Position numbers and translations under genes: made by a program. From Thermoplasmatota archaeon (GTDB lineage Archaea; Thermoplasmatota; Thermoplasmata; RBG-16-68-12; JAGMCJ01): 64,000 nucleotides of DNA. The notes under the pieces were generated by a model. The model made no database searches. It was given only the letters and a program-made list of their open reading frames with translations, and was not told the origin of the DNA. The stretch covers positions 49,036 through 113,035 of the forward strand of contig JAJISE010000001.1 of the NCBI GenBank assembly GCA_022848865.1, read 5' to 3'. Positions 28,957-38,395 of the stretch are shown piece by piece (the stretch's first letter is position 1; the number at the start of each line of letters is the position of its first letter).

Positions 28957-30189
28957 ATGGAAGACAGCATATTCGAGCCGTACCTGGCAACGAAGGCCAT
29001 CTTCAAGAAGGACAGGGACATCCTTAGACCTTCCTATATCCCAGAGAAACTGCCTCATAGGGAGAGACAAATCAAGCAGCTGGCTTCCATTCTTGTAATG
29101 GCCTTGAGGGGCGAGAGACCTTCTAACGTCCTGATTTTTGGGAAGACAGGAACGGGAAAGACCGCGACGGTGAAGTACCTGCAGAAGGAGGTGGAGAAGG
29201 CGAAGAAGTGGTCGCGCGTCGACTACCTCTACATGAACTGCGAGGTGACCGACACACGGTACAGTGTTCTCCAGAACCTGGGAAACAGGTTCATCGAGGA
29301 CTTCGACGAGAGGATCCCCTTCACGGGTTGGTCGACGGAGAGGGTCTACAACATCCTGAGGGAGAAGCTCGATGAGGAGAGGCGCGTGGTGGTCGTCGTG
29401 CTCGATGAGATCGACAAGCTCATCTACAAGAGCGGGGACGACGTGCTCTATCACCTGACGCAGATAAACGAGGACCTGAAGAAGGCTAAGGTCAGCATCC
29501 TCGGCATATCCAACGATCTCAAGTTCACGGAGTTCCTCGATCCCAGGGTCAGAAGCAGACTGAGCGATGAGAAGATGGTCTTCCCTCCGTACAACGCCGA
29601 GGAGCTGAAGGACATACTCAGCCAGAGAGCGGATCTGGCCTTTGACGACGGTGTCATCGATGAAAGCGTCACGTCGCTGTGCGCGGCCCTCGCGGCGCAA
29701 GAGCACGGGGACGCGCGGAGAGCCCTTGATCTTCTCAGGGTCGCGGCCGAGATCGCCGAGAGGAACAATGAGGACAAGATCACGGACGAGCACGTGCTTC
29801 GGGCGAAGAACCAGCTCGAGCTGGACTGCGTCATCGAGGCCGTCAAGTCGCTTCCCACACAGTCGAAGCTCATCCTTCTCGGGATAATCATGAACGAGGA
29901 GATGGGGGCCACGAGGATGACGACCGGTGATGTGTACAACATGTACAAGCAGCTCTGCCGGAGGACCGGCATGAGCGTTCTGACGCAGAGACGCATAACG
30001 GACCTCATATCCGAGCTCGATATGCTCGGGCTCGTGAGTGCCCGTGTGAAATCCTTTGGGAGGGGAGGTAGGACGAAGGAGATCCAGTCGAGTGTCCCTG
30101 CGCTCGAGACGAGGCGGGTGTTGGAAAGGGATGAGCTCCTCTCGAATGTCAGGAACTTCCGATTGAAGTTCCAGACGACCCTTGTATGA
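28957..30189 (+). CDS. cdc6: Orc1/Cdc6 replication initiator.
   Basis: AAA+ Walker A (IFGKTGTGKTA), Walker B (VVVLDEID), sensor motifs and a C-terminal winged helix are present. The start is the ATG at 28957 after GGGGGAGAGG. The track ORF starts 44 codons earlier. Confidence 0.9.
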   Translation: MEDSIFEPYLATKAIFKKDRDILRPSYIPEKLPHRERQIKQLASILVMALRGERPSNVLIFGKTGTGKTATVKYLQKEVEKAKKWSRVDYLYMNCEVTDTRYSVLQNLGNRFIEDFDERIPFTGWSTERVYNILREKLDEERRVVVVVLDEIDKLIYKSGDDVLYHLTQINEDLKKAKVSILGISNDLKFTEFLDPRVRSRLSDEKMVFPPYNAEELKDILSQRADLAFDDGVIDESVTSLCAALAAQEHGDARRALDLLRVAAEIAERNNEDKITDEHVLRAKNQLELDCVIEAVKSLPTQSKLILLGIIMNEEMGATRMTTGDVYNMYKQLCRRTGMSVLTQRRITDLISELDMLGLVSARVKSFGRGGRTKEIQSSVPALETRRVLERDELLSNVRNFRLKFQTTLV

Positions 30190-30192
30190 GGT

Positions 30193-31335
30193 CTACTCGG
30201 GTTCCCTCTCGTCCGTTTCGGACTCCTGAGCGCTGCGAGAACCTTCCATCTGTTCCTCGAGTTCTTCGATGTCCGCATCGAGATCTTCGAGTTCGTCGAG
30301 CGTCTCCGCCTCTTCTTCCAGCGGCGTTTCGCGCTCGGTCACTTCCGGCTCAGTGGTCTCATCTGTTATCTCAGGGGGCGCTTCTTCCGCCTCCTCCTTG
30401 CGTTTCCTACGGAAATCCAGAGCGTAGCTGATTCCGAAATCCAGGGCAATCGGAACAGCGATTATCAGTACTATCGCAATCAGAAGCGCATCCCAGCTGT
30501 TCCGCGGGGCAGCAGAATCGTATATCTCGCTGCAGCACGGAGCTCCTGAGTCTCGGAAAAGAGTGAGCTTCAGCAACCCGAACCAGGGGATCTCGCCCCT
30601 TGCCCTTCCCTCAATCCACTCCTGCCTGATTATGTCGAGATCGGTGCGGCCTCCGTTGTTGTCTCCCAAGGCAACAAACGCACTCCCACTGGGGTCGCCG
30701 CTTCGGTTGAACTGGGAGATGTAACCACTGATTGAAAGGGTGACGGTCACATCGGCAAAGCCAACATGGTTGAGGGTTATCGTGCCGTCAAGTCCATAGG
30801 GCGATGTGACGGTCTCACCGCCCGACATCTTCCCGGACCAGTCCGCGCCGAGCTCCAATCTGTCCAGATCGGGGATGTCGATTGTCCCGCTCGATTCATT
30901 CCAATCCAAGCGGATTAGTGCACGATGTATGATGCTCTTGGCTTCGTAGTTCCCGCCCTGTTTGTATATGATGACATCGCCGAACTCGCCGTACGTGCCG
31001 TATCCCGTGGCTCGACCCTCCACGTAGGTGATTATGTCCGACTTCGAAGGCGCATTCTGGACAAGGACAAGGTCGCCGGTATCTATGACTCCAACGAAGC
31101 TCTCCGTGTGGCTGTGCTGCATGCTCTTGCTCTCGACGACGACCATTGGAGGCCAGTTACCCGTGTAAAGAAACAGAGAGAGAAGGATAATCCCCACGAT
31201 AAGGGCAGCGACGCCCAGGTCCCGGAGCAGGAAGAGGATGGAACGGATCCATTTTCTCTTCCGGTCCTTCTTCTCCTTGTCCTCGGGTTCTGACTCCATG
31301 CGCACCTTCAGCGGATAAGATACCAGGGATTTCAC
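30193..31335 (-). CDS. Signal peptidase I (archaeal/ER Sec11 type, S26B) with a long acidic C-terminal tail.
   Basis: TM anchor. Box B-like ESKSMQH, GDLVLV, box D IIHRAL (the catalytic His) and box E GDNN are present. The tail EEAEEAPPEITDETTEPEV...ESETDEREPE is unusually long. Confidence 0.7.
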   Translation of the reverse strand: MKSLVSYPLKVRMESEPEDKEKKDRKRKWIRSILFLLRDLGVAALIVGIILLSLFLYTGNWPPMVVVESKSMQHSHTESFVGVIDTGDLVLVQNAPSKSDIITYVEGRATGYGTYGEFGDVIIYKQGGNYEAKSIIHRALIRLDWNESSGTIDIPDLDRLELGADWSGKMSGGETVTSPYGLDGTITLNHVGFADVTVTLSISGYISQFNRSGDPSGSAFVALGDNNGGRTDLDIIRQEWIEGRARGEIPWFGLLKLTLFRDSGAPCCSEIYDSAAPRNSWDALLIAIVLIIAVPIALDFGISYALDFRRKRKEEAEEAPPEITDETTEPEVTERETPLEEEAETLDELEDLDADIEELEEQMEGSRSAQESETDEREPE

Positions 31336-31573
31336 TTAAACCTTTCTCGCAGCGCTCTCTGGAAGGACGTCTGAGCATCAGTCTCAACGACGGTGACCTG
31401 CCTGACGAGCGGGACGGGAAGAGTGTGAGGTATCACATGCGCAAGCGGGGGAAAGACTGCTAGGTTGATGTGCGTGAGTGCGCCAGGTCGATGTGCTTCC
31501 AGGTCTGCGCTCCCTTGGTGAGGACGAGCCCGTCCTTGCTCTTCCGTTGTTGGGGATTTCGGGACAACACGGC

Positions 31574-33085
31574 CTAGAACTCTAGCATCGTGTACGCGCC
31601 GCTCTCGAGATTGACTATCGGAACGCGGCAGACAATGGGGTTCATGTTGTGCATCCTCTGAAATGCCGTCTGTGACTGCCAGGTCGAGCAGTTGATCATC
31701 ACAACTCCCTTGTATTCCTCGATACCCGCCCAGTGGACGTGTCCCGTGGCAAAGACGTCAGGAACCCTGGCGATCGCCAGATAGTCCTCTCTCTCGGGGG
31801 CAATCGGGGTCTTCCCGCCGTATATGGGTGCGAGGTGACGCCGGATGAGCATCTCCCTCATCCCCGTCAGCGGTTTCTCGTACGAGACCTCGGGGAAAGC
31901 TCCGACGAAGTCATCGAGGCTCCTGCCGTGATAGGACAGAATCTCGACGCCATGAAGGCTGAGCAGGCACGGGTTTCCGACGAAGGTCACGTTGTCCTGA
32001 AAGACCTTCCTCACATCGGAGGGAAGAGCTGGCTGAGGCTCTGCGGGTCGGACGGCGTCGTGGTTCCCGGGTTGGAGGATTATCTCCACGTGATCGGGAA
32101 GCTGGGAGAGAAGGCCCGCAAGGCTCTCGTACTGCCCGTATATGTCATCGATCTCAAGGTCCTTGTCCTGGCCGGGATAGATCCCTATTCCGTCGACCGC
32201 GTCGCCCGGAACGACGACATACTTCACCCTTCTCGCCAGGTCGTCCGAGTTCCCAAGCCACTCCACGAGCTTCGCCCAGCGGTCGGGAAGGAATGTCTTG
32301 CTTCCCACATGGATGTCACCGAGGAAGGCCACGGACACGGGAACGTCGGCCTCGTTGAACCGCTTGCCTGGCGGCACGTCGGGCCTGAACACCCTCTTAG
32401 CGATCATCAAATCGTTCTTGCCTGTCTTTCCCATGATCCCGAGGACCTCGTCCGCGATGAAGTTATCCGAGTGCATCTCGGGGGGTATCAGAACCGACAC
32501 GGTGTCTGTCTCGTCCTCCACATCAAGGATGAGATGGCCCGAGCGGGTCCTGTTCACCTTGCGAACCATGCAGACAAAACTGATCTCCCTCATCAGCCGC
32601 TTTGCCTTCGAGATGTCCTCGCATCCCCTCAGCTCTCTCCTTTGCTTGAGCATCTCAGAGAGCTGGTGAAACCTGTTCTTGAAATGGCAGTGGAAGTCAT
32701 CTATCGAGCCCTGGCATGTCGATTCTCCCGTGATGTCCTTCAGAATGCGGATGTCGCTCTCACAGTCCTTGGCGGAAGATCCCACGTCGCGGGTCCTCGG
32801 TCTCGGAGGTTTCGATGCCGCCATTGGTTTCCTCTTTACCTTGTCTGCCGCAAGGATGGCGATGCCCTCCGCCTTGGCGATCTCTTCCATCGTAATCATG
32901 AAGGGCTTGTCCTGGAAACGAGTGAACAGGTCCTCGACATAGGATATCGGGTCCTCCTTCTCCAGGATATAGCTGGCAGCCTCGGGCTCAAGCAGGGTTC
33001 CCTTGTCGAGAAGTAGGCTCAAAAGCTTGCTCCGCATTCCACGGCTTATTGTCCTTACAAATCTAAATATGTTTCCACCGCGCAA
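31574..33085 (-). CDS. DNA polymerase II (PolD) small subunit DP1, 3'-5' exonuclease.
   Basis: Calcineurin/Mre11-like phosphoesterase motifs are present (VVPGDAVDGIGIYPGQ, GNHD, GHVHWAG), with an N-terminal PolD DP1-type region. Confidence 0.8.
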   Translation of the reverse strand: MRGGNIFRFVRTISRGMRSKLLSLLLDKGTLLEPEAASYILEKEDPISYVEDLFTRFQDKPFMITMEEIAKAEGIAILAADKVKRKPMAASKPPRPRTRDVGSSAKDCESDIRILKDITGESTCQGSIDDFHCHFKNRFHQLSEMLKQRRELRGCEDISKAKRLMREISFVCMVRKVNRTRSGHLILDVEDETDTVSVLIPPEMHSDNFIADEVLGIMGKTGKNDLMIAKRVFRPDVPPGKRFNEADVPVSVAFLGDIHVGSKTFLPDRWAKLVEWLGNSDDLARRVKYVVVPGDAVDGIGIYPGQDKDLEIDDIYGQYESLAGLLSQLPDHVEIILQPGNHDAVRPAEPQPALPSDVRKVFQDNVTFVGNPCLLSLHGVEILSYHGRSLDDFVGAFPEVSYEKPLTGMREMLIRRHLAPIYGGKTPIAPEREDYLAIARVPDVFATGHVHWAGIEEYKGVVMINCSTWQSQTAFQRMHNMNPIVCRVPIVNLESGAYTMLEF

Positions 33086-33117
33086 CTCTTATCTCGATGT
33101 TCGCGTTCTTCCGGGCG

Positions 33118-33492
33118 ATGAGGATTGACGTGAGGACTCCCTGTAATCCGACAGAGAACGCGCGGAAGGTCGAGCGGGCGATGAAGAATGTCTTTCCGGA
33201 CCTGGATATCAAGAAGGAGGCGGTGTACCTCGTCGGGACAGGATCCTCTACGGAGAGGTTAGGTGACCTTCTCAAGAACCAGAGGATCAGGTCCGCGGCA
33301 AGGGGGGTCTTCCTCTCCTCCTGCTCGGACAACGAGGTCTCCTTCGCCCTCAACAAGCAGGTCGCGTTCATCGGCAAGGTGAGCTTTGGGTCAGGCTCCC
33401 CGCTGGGAGACATCGAAGTGAAGATCACTGACGACAACATCGAAGCCCTCATAGATTCCATAGCACCCAGGATAGGAGATGTCAACGAGTGA
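33118..33492 (+). CDS. UPF0201-family protein (small archaeal RNA-binding-like protein).
   Basis: The N-terminal block RIDVRTPCNPTENARKVERAMKNVFPD matches the PTED-x-EKV signature of UPF0201. The antisense ORF 33063..33485 is rejected. An alternative start lies at 33097. Confidence 0.5.
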   Translation: MRIDVRTPCNPTENARKVERAMKNVFPDLDIKKEAVYLVGTGSSTERLGDLLKNQRIRSAARGVFLSSCSDNEVSFALNKQVAFIGKVSFGSGSPLGDIEVKITDDNIEALIDSIAPRIGDVNE

Positions 33493-34253
33493 TCTCGATA
33501 AGTTGTCCCCCGCTATCCCTGCTTCCCCTTGAGGAAGCCCTGCGGATGGTGGAAGGGAAGTTCGACGGTTGGGAGATAGTGGCGGAGGGGAGGCACCTCC
33601 TCCCTGCGATCGAGGGCGATCTGGAAGAGATCGTATCCAGCCATCCCATGAAGTTCACGGTGCACGCCCCCCTCAGCGACATCAATATAGGCACCCTCAA
33701 CCCGGGGATCAAGAGGGAAGCGATCAATCAGCTGGTCGAGGTGGTGGAGATAGCGCATCGTCTTGGGATAGGGAGAGTGACGATGCATCCGGGATTCCTC
33801 TCGCCCATAACGTTCGGCAGGAGGAGGCTCGCCGAAGAGGCGGTCCGGGACTCGGTGGAGGAGATTGAGCGAAGAACGGATGGGACGGATGTGGTCAAGT
33901 GCATCGAGAACATGCCGCGTCTGTTCATCACACTCTTCTCGGAGCCCGAAGAGATGCTCGAACTCATCGAAGGAACTTCTTTCGAGCTCTGCCTCGACGT
34001 GGGGCATGCGAATACGACGGGCAATCTGTCTGCATTCCTTGAGCACTGGGAGAGGTTCGGTACCGTACACGTGCATGACAATATAGGGAAGTTCGACGAG
34101 CACCTTCCGCTGGGCGAGGGAGAGATAGACTTCGAGATGGTGTTCGGTATGCTGCGGGACTATAGAGGCGACTTCGTGGTGGAGTCGAGAAGCGTGGAGG
34201 AGGGTTTGGCGGGAAAGCGGTTCATCGAGTCATTGCAGATAGCCGCACCTTAG
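33489..34253 (+). CDS. Sugar phosphate isomerase/epimerase (xylose isomerase-like TIM barrel, AP endonuclease family 2 fold).
   Basis: Metal-ligand blocks are present (TMHPGF, CIENMP, CLDVGHAN, VHVHDN). Confidence 0.6.
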   Translation: MISISCPPLSLLPLEEALRMVEGKFDGWEIVAEGRHLLPAIEGDLEEIVSSHPMKFTVHAPLSDINIGTLNPGIKREAINQLVEVVEIAHRLGIGRVTMHPGFLSPITFGRRRLAEEAVRDSVEEIERRTDGTDVVKCIENMPRLFITLFSEPEEMLELIEGTSFELCLDVGHANTTGNLSAFLEHWERFGTVHVHDNIGKFDEHLPLGEGEIDFEMVFGMLRDYRGDFVVESRSVEEGLAGKRFIESLQIAAP

Positions 34254-35648
34254 GCACTGGAACCTCCCCTCGAAGTATCTGGCCTCTTGGAAGCCGCACT
34301 GGGAGCACACAAAGCCGAACTGCTGCGGTCCCGCTGTCTGCAGCGGCACTTCCCCTGCCATCTGGACGCCTCCGGCGGGAACTGGAACAGGCTTCTGTAA
34401 GCGGAAGAACGCCCCCAGAGCGTCCAGGGCCTTCTTGGAGTAGTAGATGAAGAAGAGAAAGCCAGCGATTAGGAAGACGATGAGCACCAAGCCAAGGAAC
34501 ACCTCCATGCCCGTGTTGCCGCTTGCAATTGCGACGAGCACGGAAGCAGCGAAGTAGTCCACGACGAAGTGAAAGAGAATGGAGGCCCAGATGCCCTTCT
34601 TCACATACACATACCCGAGGATGAGGCCTGCGAACAGGGTTGGAGCCAGCTTGTATACATCCCAGGAAGGGATGTGGGCGATTCCGAATATCGTCGCAGA
34701 GGCGATTATCAAACCCCAGGTGTATGACTTCATCCTCCCGCTCCCGCCAAAGAGCTCCTTGAGAAGCGGTCTGCCACGGACACCGGATCCCAGCGCGATT
34801 AGGAACAAGGGGACGCCAAGGAAGACCAGGCGGGTGGCAATCTCCTCGTATACGGACGCGTTCAGCAGCTCGAACAGCAGGAACCATTGTGGATAGCTTT
34901 GAGTCGAGGGTGAGGCCGTCTCCACTCCGAGCATCCACAAGAAGAGGAGGTATGCTGTACTGAAGAATAGGTAGGTGCAAAACAGCTGAGCGATCATCGC
35001 CCAGGAGGTGTTAGTGGACAGCCTGAGCCTCCCGTCCCTCACCGAGGAGACCATGTCAGAAATGAGCTTCTTGCCGTCAAGACCAACGGCCAGCGATATG
35101 GAAACGACGACGGCGACCACCAAGCCGAGATAGTAGAGGAGGAACCAGCCGGGATCGCTGAAACTGAATAGGCCGATGGGGATCGGAGCCAACACGTAGA
35201 TTACGACACCGCACTCTGTGCACTCCTGACCCGTTATGCCGGGAATGACCTCGCTCATCCCCCAGAACAAGTATCCAGAGATGACGACAAGAAGAACGAG
35301 GAACACGATCATGACCCCAATCCAGACGAAGGACCCGAGGATGTGAATCGTCCTCATCATGGACTCGTGAATGGACACTTCCCGATACGACGGATAGTAG
35401 GTGGGCGCTCGATCGCAGACGGGGCAGTAGTTCCCTTGGAAGGGAGTCCCGCAGTAGATGCACTGCATGACGGCAGGAGCCATCTGAGGCGCCCCTGCCC
35501 CGCAATATGGACAGAAACTCCCGGAGAAGGACTGACCGCAGAAGAGACACGCAATGGGTCCTCGGGGCGCAGGTTCCGCGCCGACGTCAAGACCGCACCG
35601 AGGACAGAACCGCAGTGGGATTCCTGCTCCACATCTGGGACAGTTCAC
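34230..35648 (-). CDS. Membrane protein with four N-terminal zinc ribbons fused to a CPBP (CAAX protease/Abi) intramembrane metalloprotease domain.
   Basis: Four CPxCG-type pairs occur (CPRCG..CPRCG, CLFCG..CPYCG, CIYCG..CPVCD). CPBP motifs are EEIATRLVF (EExxxR), FGIAHIPSW (FxxxH) and HFVVDYF (HxxxD/N). Confidence 0.65.
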   Translation of the reverse strand: MNCPRCGAGIPLRFCPRCGLDVGAEPAPRGPIACLFCGQSFSGSFCPYCGAGAPQMAPAVMQCIYCGTPFQGNYCPVCDRAPTYYPSYREVSIHESMMRTIHILGSFVWIGVMIVFLVLLVVISGYLFWGMSEVIPGITGQECTECGVVIYVLAPIPIGLFSFSDPGWFLLYYLGLVVAVVVSISLAVGLDGKKLISDMVSSVRDGRLRLSTNTSWAMIAQLFCTYLFFSTAYLLFLWMLGVETASPSTQSYPQWFLLFELLNASVYEEIATRLVFLGVPLFLIALGSGVRGRPLLKELFGGSGRMKSYTWGLIIASATIFGIAHIPSWDVYKLAPTLFAGLILGYVYVKKGIWASILFHFVVDYFAASVLVAIASGNTGMEVFLGLVLIVFLIAGFLFFIYYSKKALDALGAFFRLQKPVPVPAGGVQMAGEVPLQTAGPQQFGFVCSQCGFQEARYFEGRFQCLRCGYLQ

Positions 35649-35817
35649 ATCCGTGCTACGAGAATCTGTCTATTTAAGGGATACGGTGAGGGTTTGGCAC
35701 ATCAACTTAAATACCCCCAATGCTTTCGTGTGTTTCGCCCTGAACCTCCAAGCCAGAAGGCCAAGGGAACAGTTGTGCGGAGGTCGCAGCCATCGCACGA
35801 ACACCGGAGGAAAAACG

Positions 35818-36069
35818 ATGGAGAACCAAAGGAGATCGAAGGTGCATTTCGAAACGCTAGACTCTGAGAAGATCGGTTTTGGAAAAAGCAATTTCCTCGA
35901 GGTCGCCCGAAAGAAGGCGACGACAGAGGAGGGAGAGGAGAACGAGTTCATCTCCCTTTCGAGAGGGTACTACCTTGACGACGGAACGGCGAGATTCAAG
36001 AAATCCCTCACCATTCCGGACGATCCCGAGATAAGGGAATTCGTGGCTGAGAAGATAAGGACGCTGTAG
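35818..36069 (+). CDS. Hypothetical small protein of 83 aa.
   Basis: An internal ATG is preceded by GGAGG 8 nt upstream. The upstream 88 codons of the track ORF, from 35554, look spurious. Confidence 0.35.
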   Translation: MENQRRSKVHFETLDSEKIGFGKSNFLEVARKKATTEEGEENEFISLSRGYYLDDGTARFKKSLTIPDDPEIREFVAEKIRTL

Positions 36070-36176
36070 TGGCCTTTTCGGGAGGCGAGACGCCGCCTGA
36101 GAATCTGCTATCATTCTTGATAACGAGTCCGTAGAATGAGGATCGGCCCGTGTGCCGAAGAAATCCAGATCACCAG

Positions 36177-36470
36177 TTATCCGAAAAGGAAGCCGACCCC
36201 GTTGGCGACTGTGTCCTCTTCCGCCTTGAACTTGTCGTAGGCCGATTCCGCCTCGTCGTCCTGCAGTGCCTTCCCGAGTTCCTCGAAAATCTCCTTGGCC
36301 CTCCCTATAGCTTCTTCGGTGCCCTCGACAAGCAGGAGCGTTCCCTCCATGTCCTCCCCGAGCACCTTCGCTTCCCTAATCACAATGCTCTGCCTGCTTA
36401 CTAGATCGTCCTTCAGAGCCTCGTTCATCTTTCCCGTTTTTTCCTTGTCGATGCTGAAGATGACATACAT
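36177..36470 (-). CDS. Hypothetical small acidic protein of 97 aa.
   Basis: Compact ORF with protein-like composition. I recognise no family. Confidence 0.35.
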   Translation of the reverse strand: MYVIFSIDKEKTGKMNEALKDDLVSRQSIVIREAKVLGEDMEGTLLLVEGTEEAIGRAKEIFEELGKALQDDEAESAYDKFKAEEDTVANGVGFLFG

Positions 36471-36808
36471 GATGAATCACTGGGTCATGATTAGGCTCAG
36501 GATATAAAAAGACTCGCAGTTTCCGTCAGGTCCACTTGTCTGGATTCGCGTAGTAGTTGAACGTCTCGGACAAAATGCGGCTCGCCAACTCTGGTCTGTG
36601 GGGCAACGAGACCCACCTCCTTCGCCAGGCGAACCGCTTGCGACGCTTTCTCCACGGTGATTCGCTTCTTCATGTTCCTGAGGACAACGGGATTCGCGGA
36701 TTCCATGCCTGAGCCTATTCTCGTGCACCCGCTTTCTTTCATCGGATTCATCTATCATCTCGGGGGCATTAGTTCTTAAATAGCCATGACATTTTCGCTT
36801 CGAGGCAA

Positions 36809-37819
36809 GTGATAATAAGGCCCCCCGAGCCAGAGGACAACGACGAGCTCATCCAACTCGACAGGGTGGCTCCTGAGGAGGGTCTGATTTCGTACTACGT
36901 GGACAGGAGGCCGAAGTACATCCACGAGCCAGATGCGAAAGGGTTCTTTCCATACATAGCGGAGGTGAACGGCAAGATCGTAGGCGTTGTCTTCAGTTCC
37001 ATCGACGAACTCTACGTGAATGGCGAGCCCAAGGCCTGCGACTATGTCTCCAGCCTGCGCGTACACCCCGAGTACCGAAGAAGAGGGATTGGGCGTGCCT
37101 TGATAGATCGCGCCGTTGAGAAGGGCAGGGAAGAGAGGGCGGACATATTCTGGGCGGTCATCATGGGAAAGAACTTGGCCTCTTCCAGGACGTTCGAAAA
37201 ATGCGGCTTCGACAGAGTTGGCGGGCATGGATTCAGGGTCATCATCTCGAAAGGGAGGAGGAGGTTCTCTGATGCGTCGCTGAGAGAGGCCACCGAGGAG
37301 GATTTCGACGATATGGCCACTCTGTTCTCGTCGTTCTACAAGAGCCACAACTTCAGGCCGAAGGACACACGGAAGTGGCTGACGAGCCGTTGCAGAGTCA
37401 AGGGGACGAGGCTCGGTGTGGTTTGCGTCGCGGAAAGGGACGGGAGAGTCGTCGCAACGGTCAGGGCTGTGAGGCAATGGCTAACGACCAAGATGGTCAT
37501 CACGAAGCTACCTTTGAGCATGAGATTTCTGAGCTCGCTCCTTCGACTGGGAATAGAAGAAGGCTCCCTGCTCAAGATGATTGACGTCGGTGCCATATCC
37601 TTTTCCCAAGGAGAAGAGATGGCCGCCACCGATCTGATCAACTTCGCGAGGAGGAGGTTGAGGGATGAGTGCAGGATCGCCTTCATCCAATACGTGCGGG
37701 GGGGAGAAGAGGAGAAGTTCATGACCAAGGCCAGGGGCTTTTCCGGGTACTCCGACGTGTTGGCGATGAGCCCTGATCGTAAGCTGGAGGAGCTGGACCC
37801 CATATTCCCGTCGAGATAG
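36809..37819 (+). CDS. GNAT-family N-acetyltransferase with a C-terminal extension.
   Basis: The acetyl-CoA-binding motif RRRGIGRALIDRAVEKGRE is present. The antisense ORF 36776..37477 is rejected. Confidence 0.7.
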   Translation: MIIRPPEPEDNDELIQLDRVAPEEGLISYYVDRRPKYIHEPDAKGFFPYIAEVNGKIVGVVFSSIDELYVNGEPKACDYVSSLRVHPEYRRRGIGRALIDRAVEKGREERADIFWAVIMGKNLASSRTFEKCGFDRVGGHGFRVIISKGRRRFSDASLREATEEDFDDMATLFSSFYKSHNFRPKDTRKWLTSRCRVKGTRLGVVCVAERDGRVVATVRAVRQWLTTKMVITKLPLSMRFLSSLLRLGIEEGSLLKMIDVGAISFSQGEEMAATDLINFARRRLRDECRIAFIQYVRGGEEEKFMTKARGFSGYSDVLAMSPDRKLEELDPIFPSR

Positions 37820-37864
37820 TGTCCGGGACGAACGAAACAGGTTAAATAGAGACACACGGATTGG

Positions 37865-38395
37865 ATGCACGTGAGTGACCTCGGGTTGATACAGGTCTAC
37901 ACTGGGACGGGGAAGGGCAAGACAACTGCGGCCCTCGGTCTGGCGATGAGGGCATGCGGCCACGGTCTGAGAGCCTATATGGTCCAGTTCATGAAGGGAA
38001 GGATAGATTACGGGGAGCTGAAGGTCGCCGAGAAGATTGAGGGTCTTACGATTGAGCAGTTCGGGAGACCGGATTTCGTGGACAAGGACAATCCCGCCGA
38101 GGAGGACATCGAGCTGGCAAGAGAGGCGCTCGCGAAATCAAAGGAGGTCGTTCTGAGCGGGGAATACGATCTGGTCATCCTCGACGAGATCAACGTCGCC
38201 ATAGAATGGAACCTGATCGACGTCGGCGAGGTCGTGGATCTCCTAGAGATGAAACCGAAGGATGTCGAGGTCGTTCTTACGGGAAGATACGCCAGGCAGG
38301 AAATAATCGACCTAGCGGATCTGGTCAGCGAGGTAAAGGAGGTCAAGCATCCATTCACGCGGGGAATGCATTCGCGGGTCGGAGTGGACTACTAG
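37865..38395 (+). CDS. cobO: Cob(I)yrinic acid a,c-diamide adenosyltransferase (CobA/CobO/BtuR).
   Basis: The P-loop GTGKGKTTAALG, the QFMKG block and the size of about 176 aa identify the family. Confidence 0.85.
   Translation: MHVSDLGLIQVYTGTGKGKTTAALGLAMRACGHGLRAYMVQFMKGRIDYGELKVAEKIEGLTIEQFGRPDFVDKDNPAEEDIELAREALAKSKEVVLSGEYDLVILDEINVAIEWNLIDVGEVVDLLEMKPKDVEVVLTGRYARQEIIDLADLVSEVKEVKHPFTRGMHSRVGVDY

Noticed and set aside
28735-29793. 352-aa minus-strand ORF.
   Set aside because: It is antisense to Orc1/Cdc6, whose AAA+ and wHTH motifs are unambiguous. It has no motifs and a low-complexity R/L/V/D composition.
31390-31525. tRNA-like candidate in the SPase/DP1 intergenic region, with GGGACGG ... 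CCCGTCC complementary ends about 125 nt apart.
   Set aside because: I could not find a D-arm, an anticodon arm or a GTTC(G/A)AATC T-loop on either strand. The terminal complementarity alone is insufficient, even allowing for an intron.
31733-33016. 427-aa plus-strand ORF.
   Set aside because: It is antisense to the PolD DP1 gene, which carries clear phosphoesterase motifs. Its composition is not protein-like.
33063-33485. 140-aa minus-strand ORF overlapping the UPF0201 gene.
   Set aside because: The plus-strand frame carries the UPF0201 PTE(N/D)-x-(R/E)KV signature. The minus-strand frame has no recognisable features.
36477-36758. Overlapping 84-aa and 93-aa minus-strand ORFs in the 36471-36808 intergenic region, considered as a small protein or an ncRNA.
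   Set aside because: Neither has a recognisable family or start context. The region is better explained as a promoter/5' region of the GNAT gene. I keep it as an unresolved low-confidence area rather than a feature.
36776-37477. 233-aa minus-strand ORF.
   Set aside because: It is antisense to the GNAT acetyltransferase, which has a canonical acetyl-CoA-binding motif.
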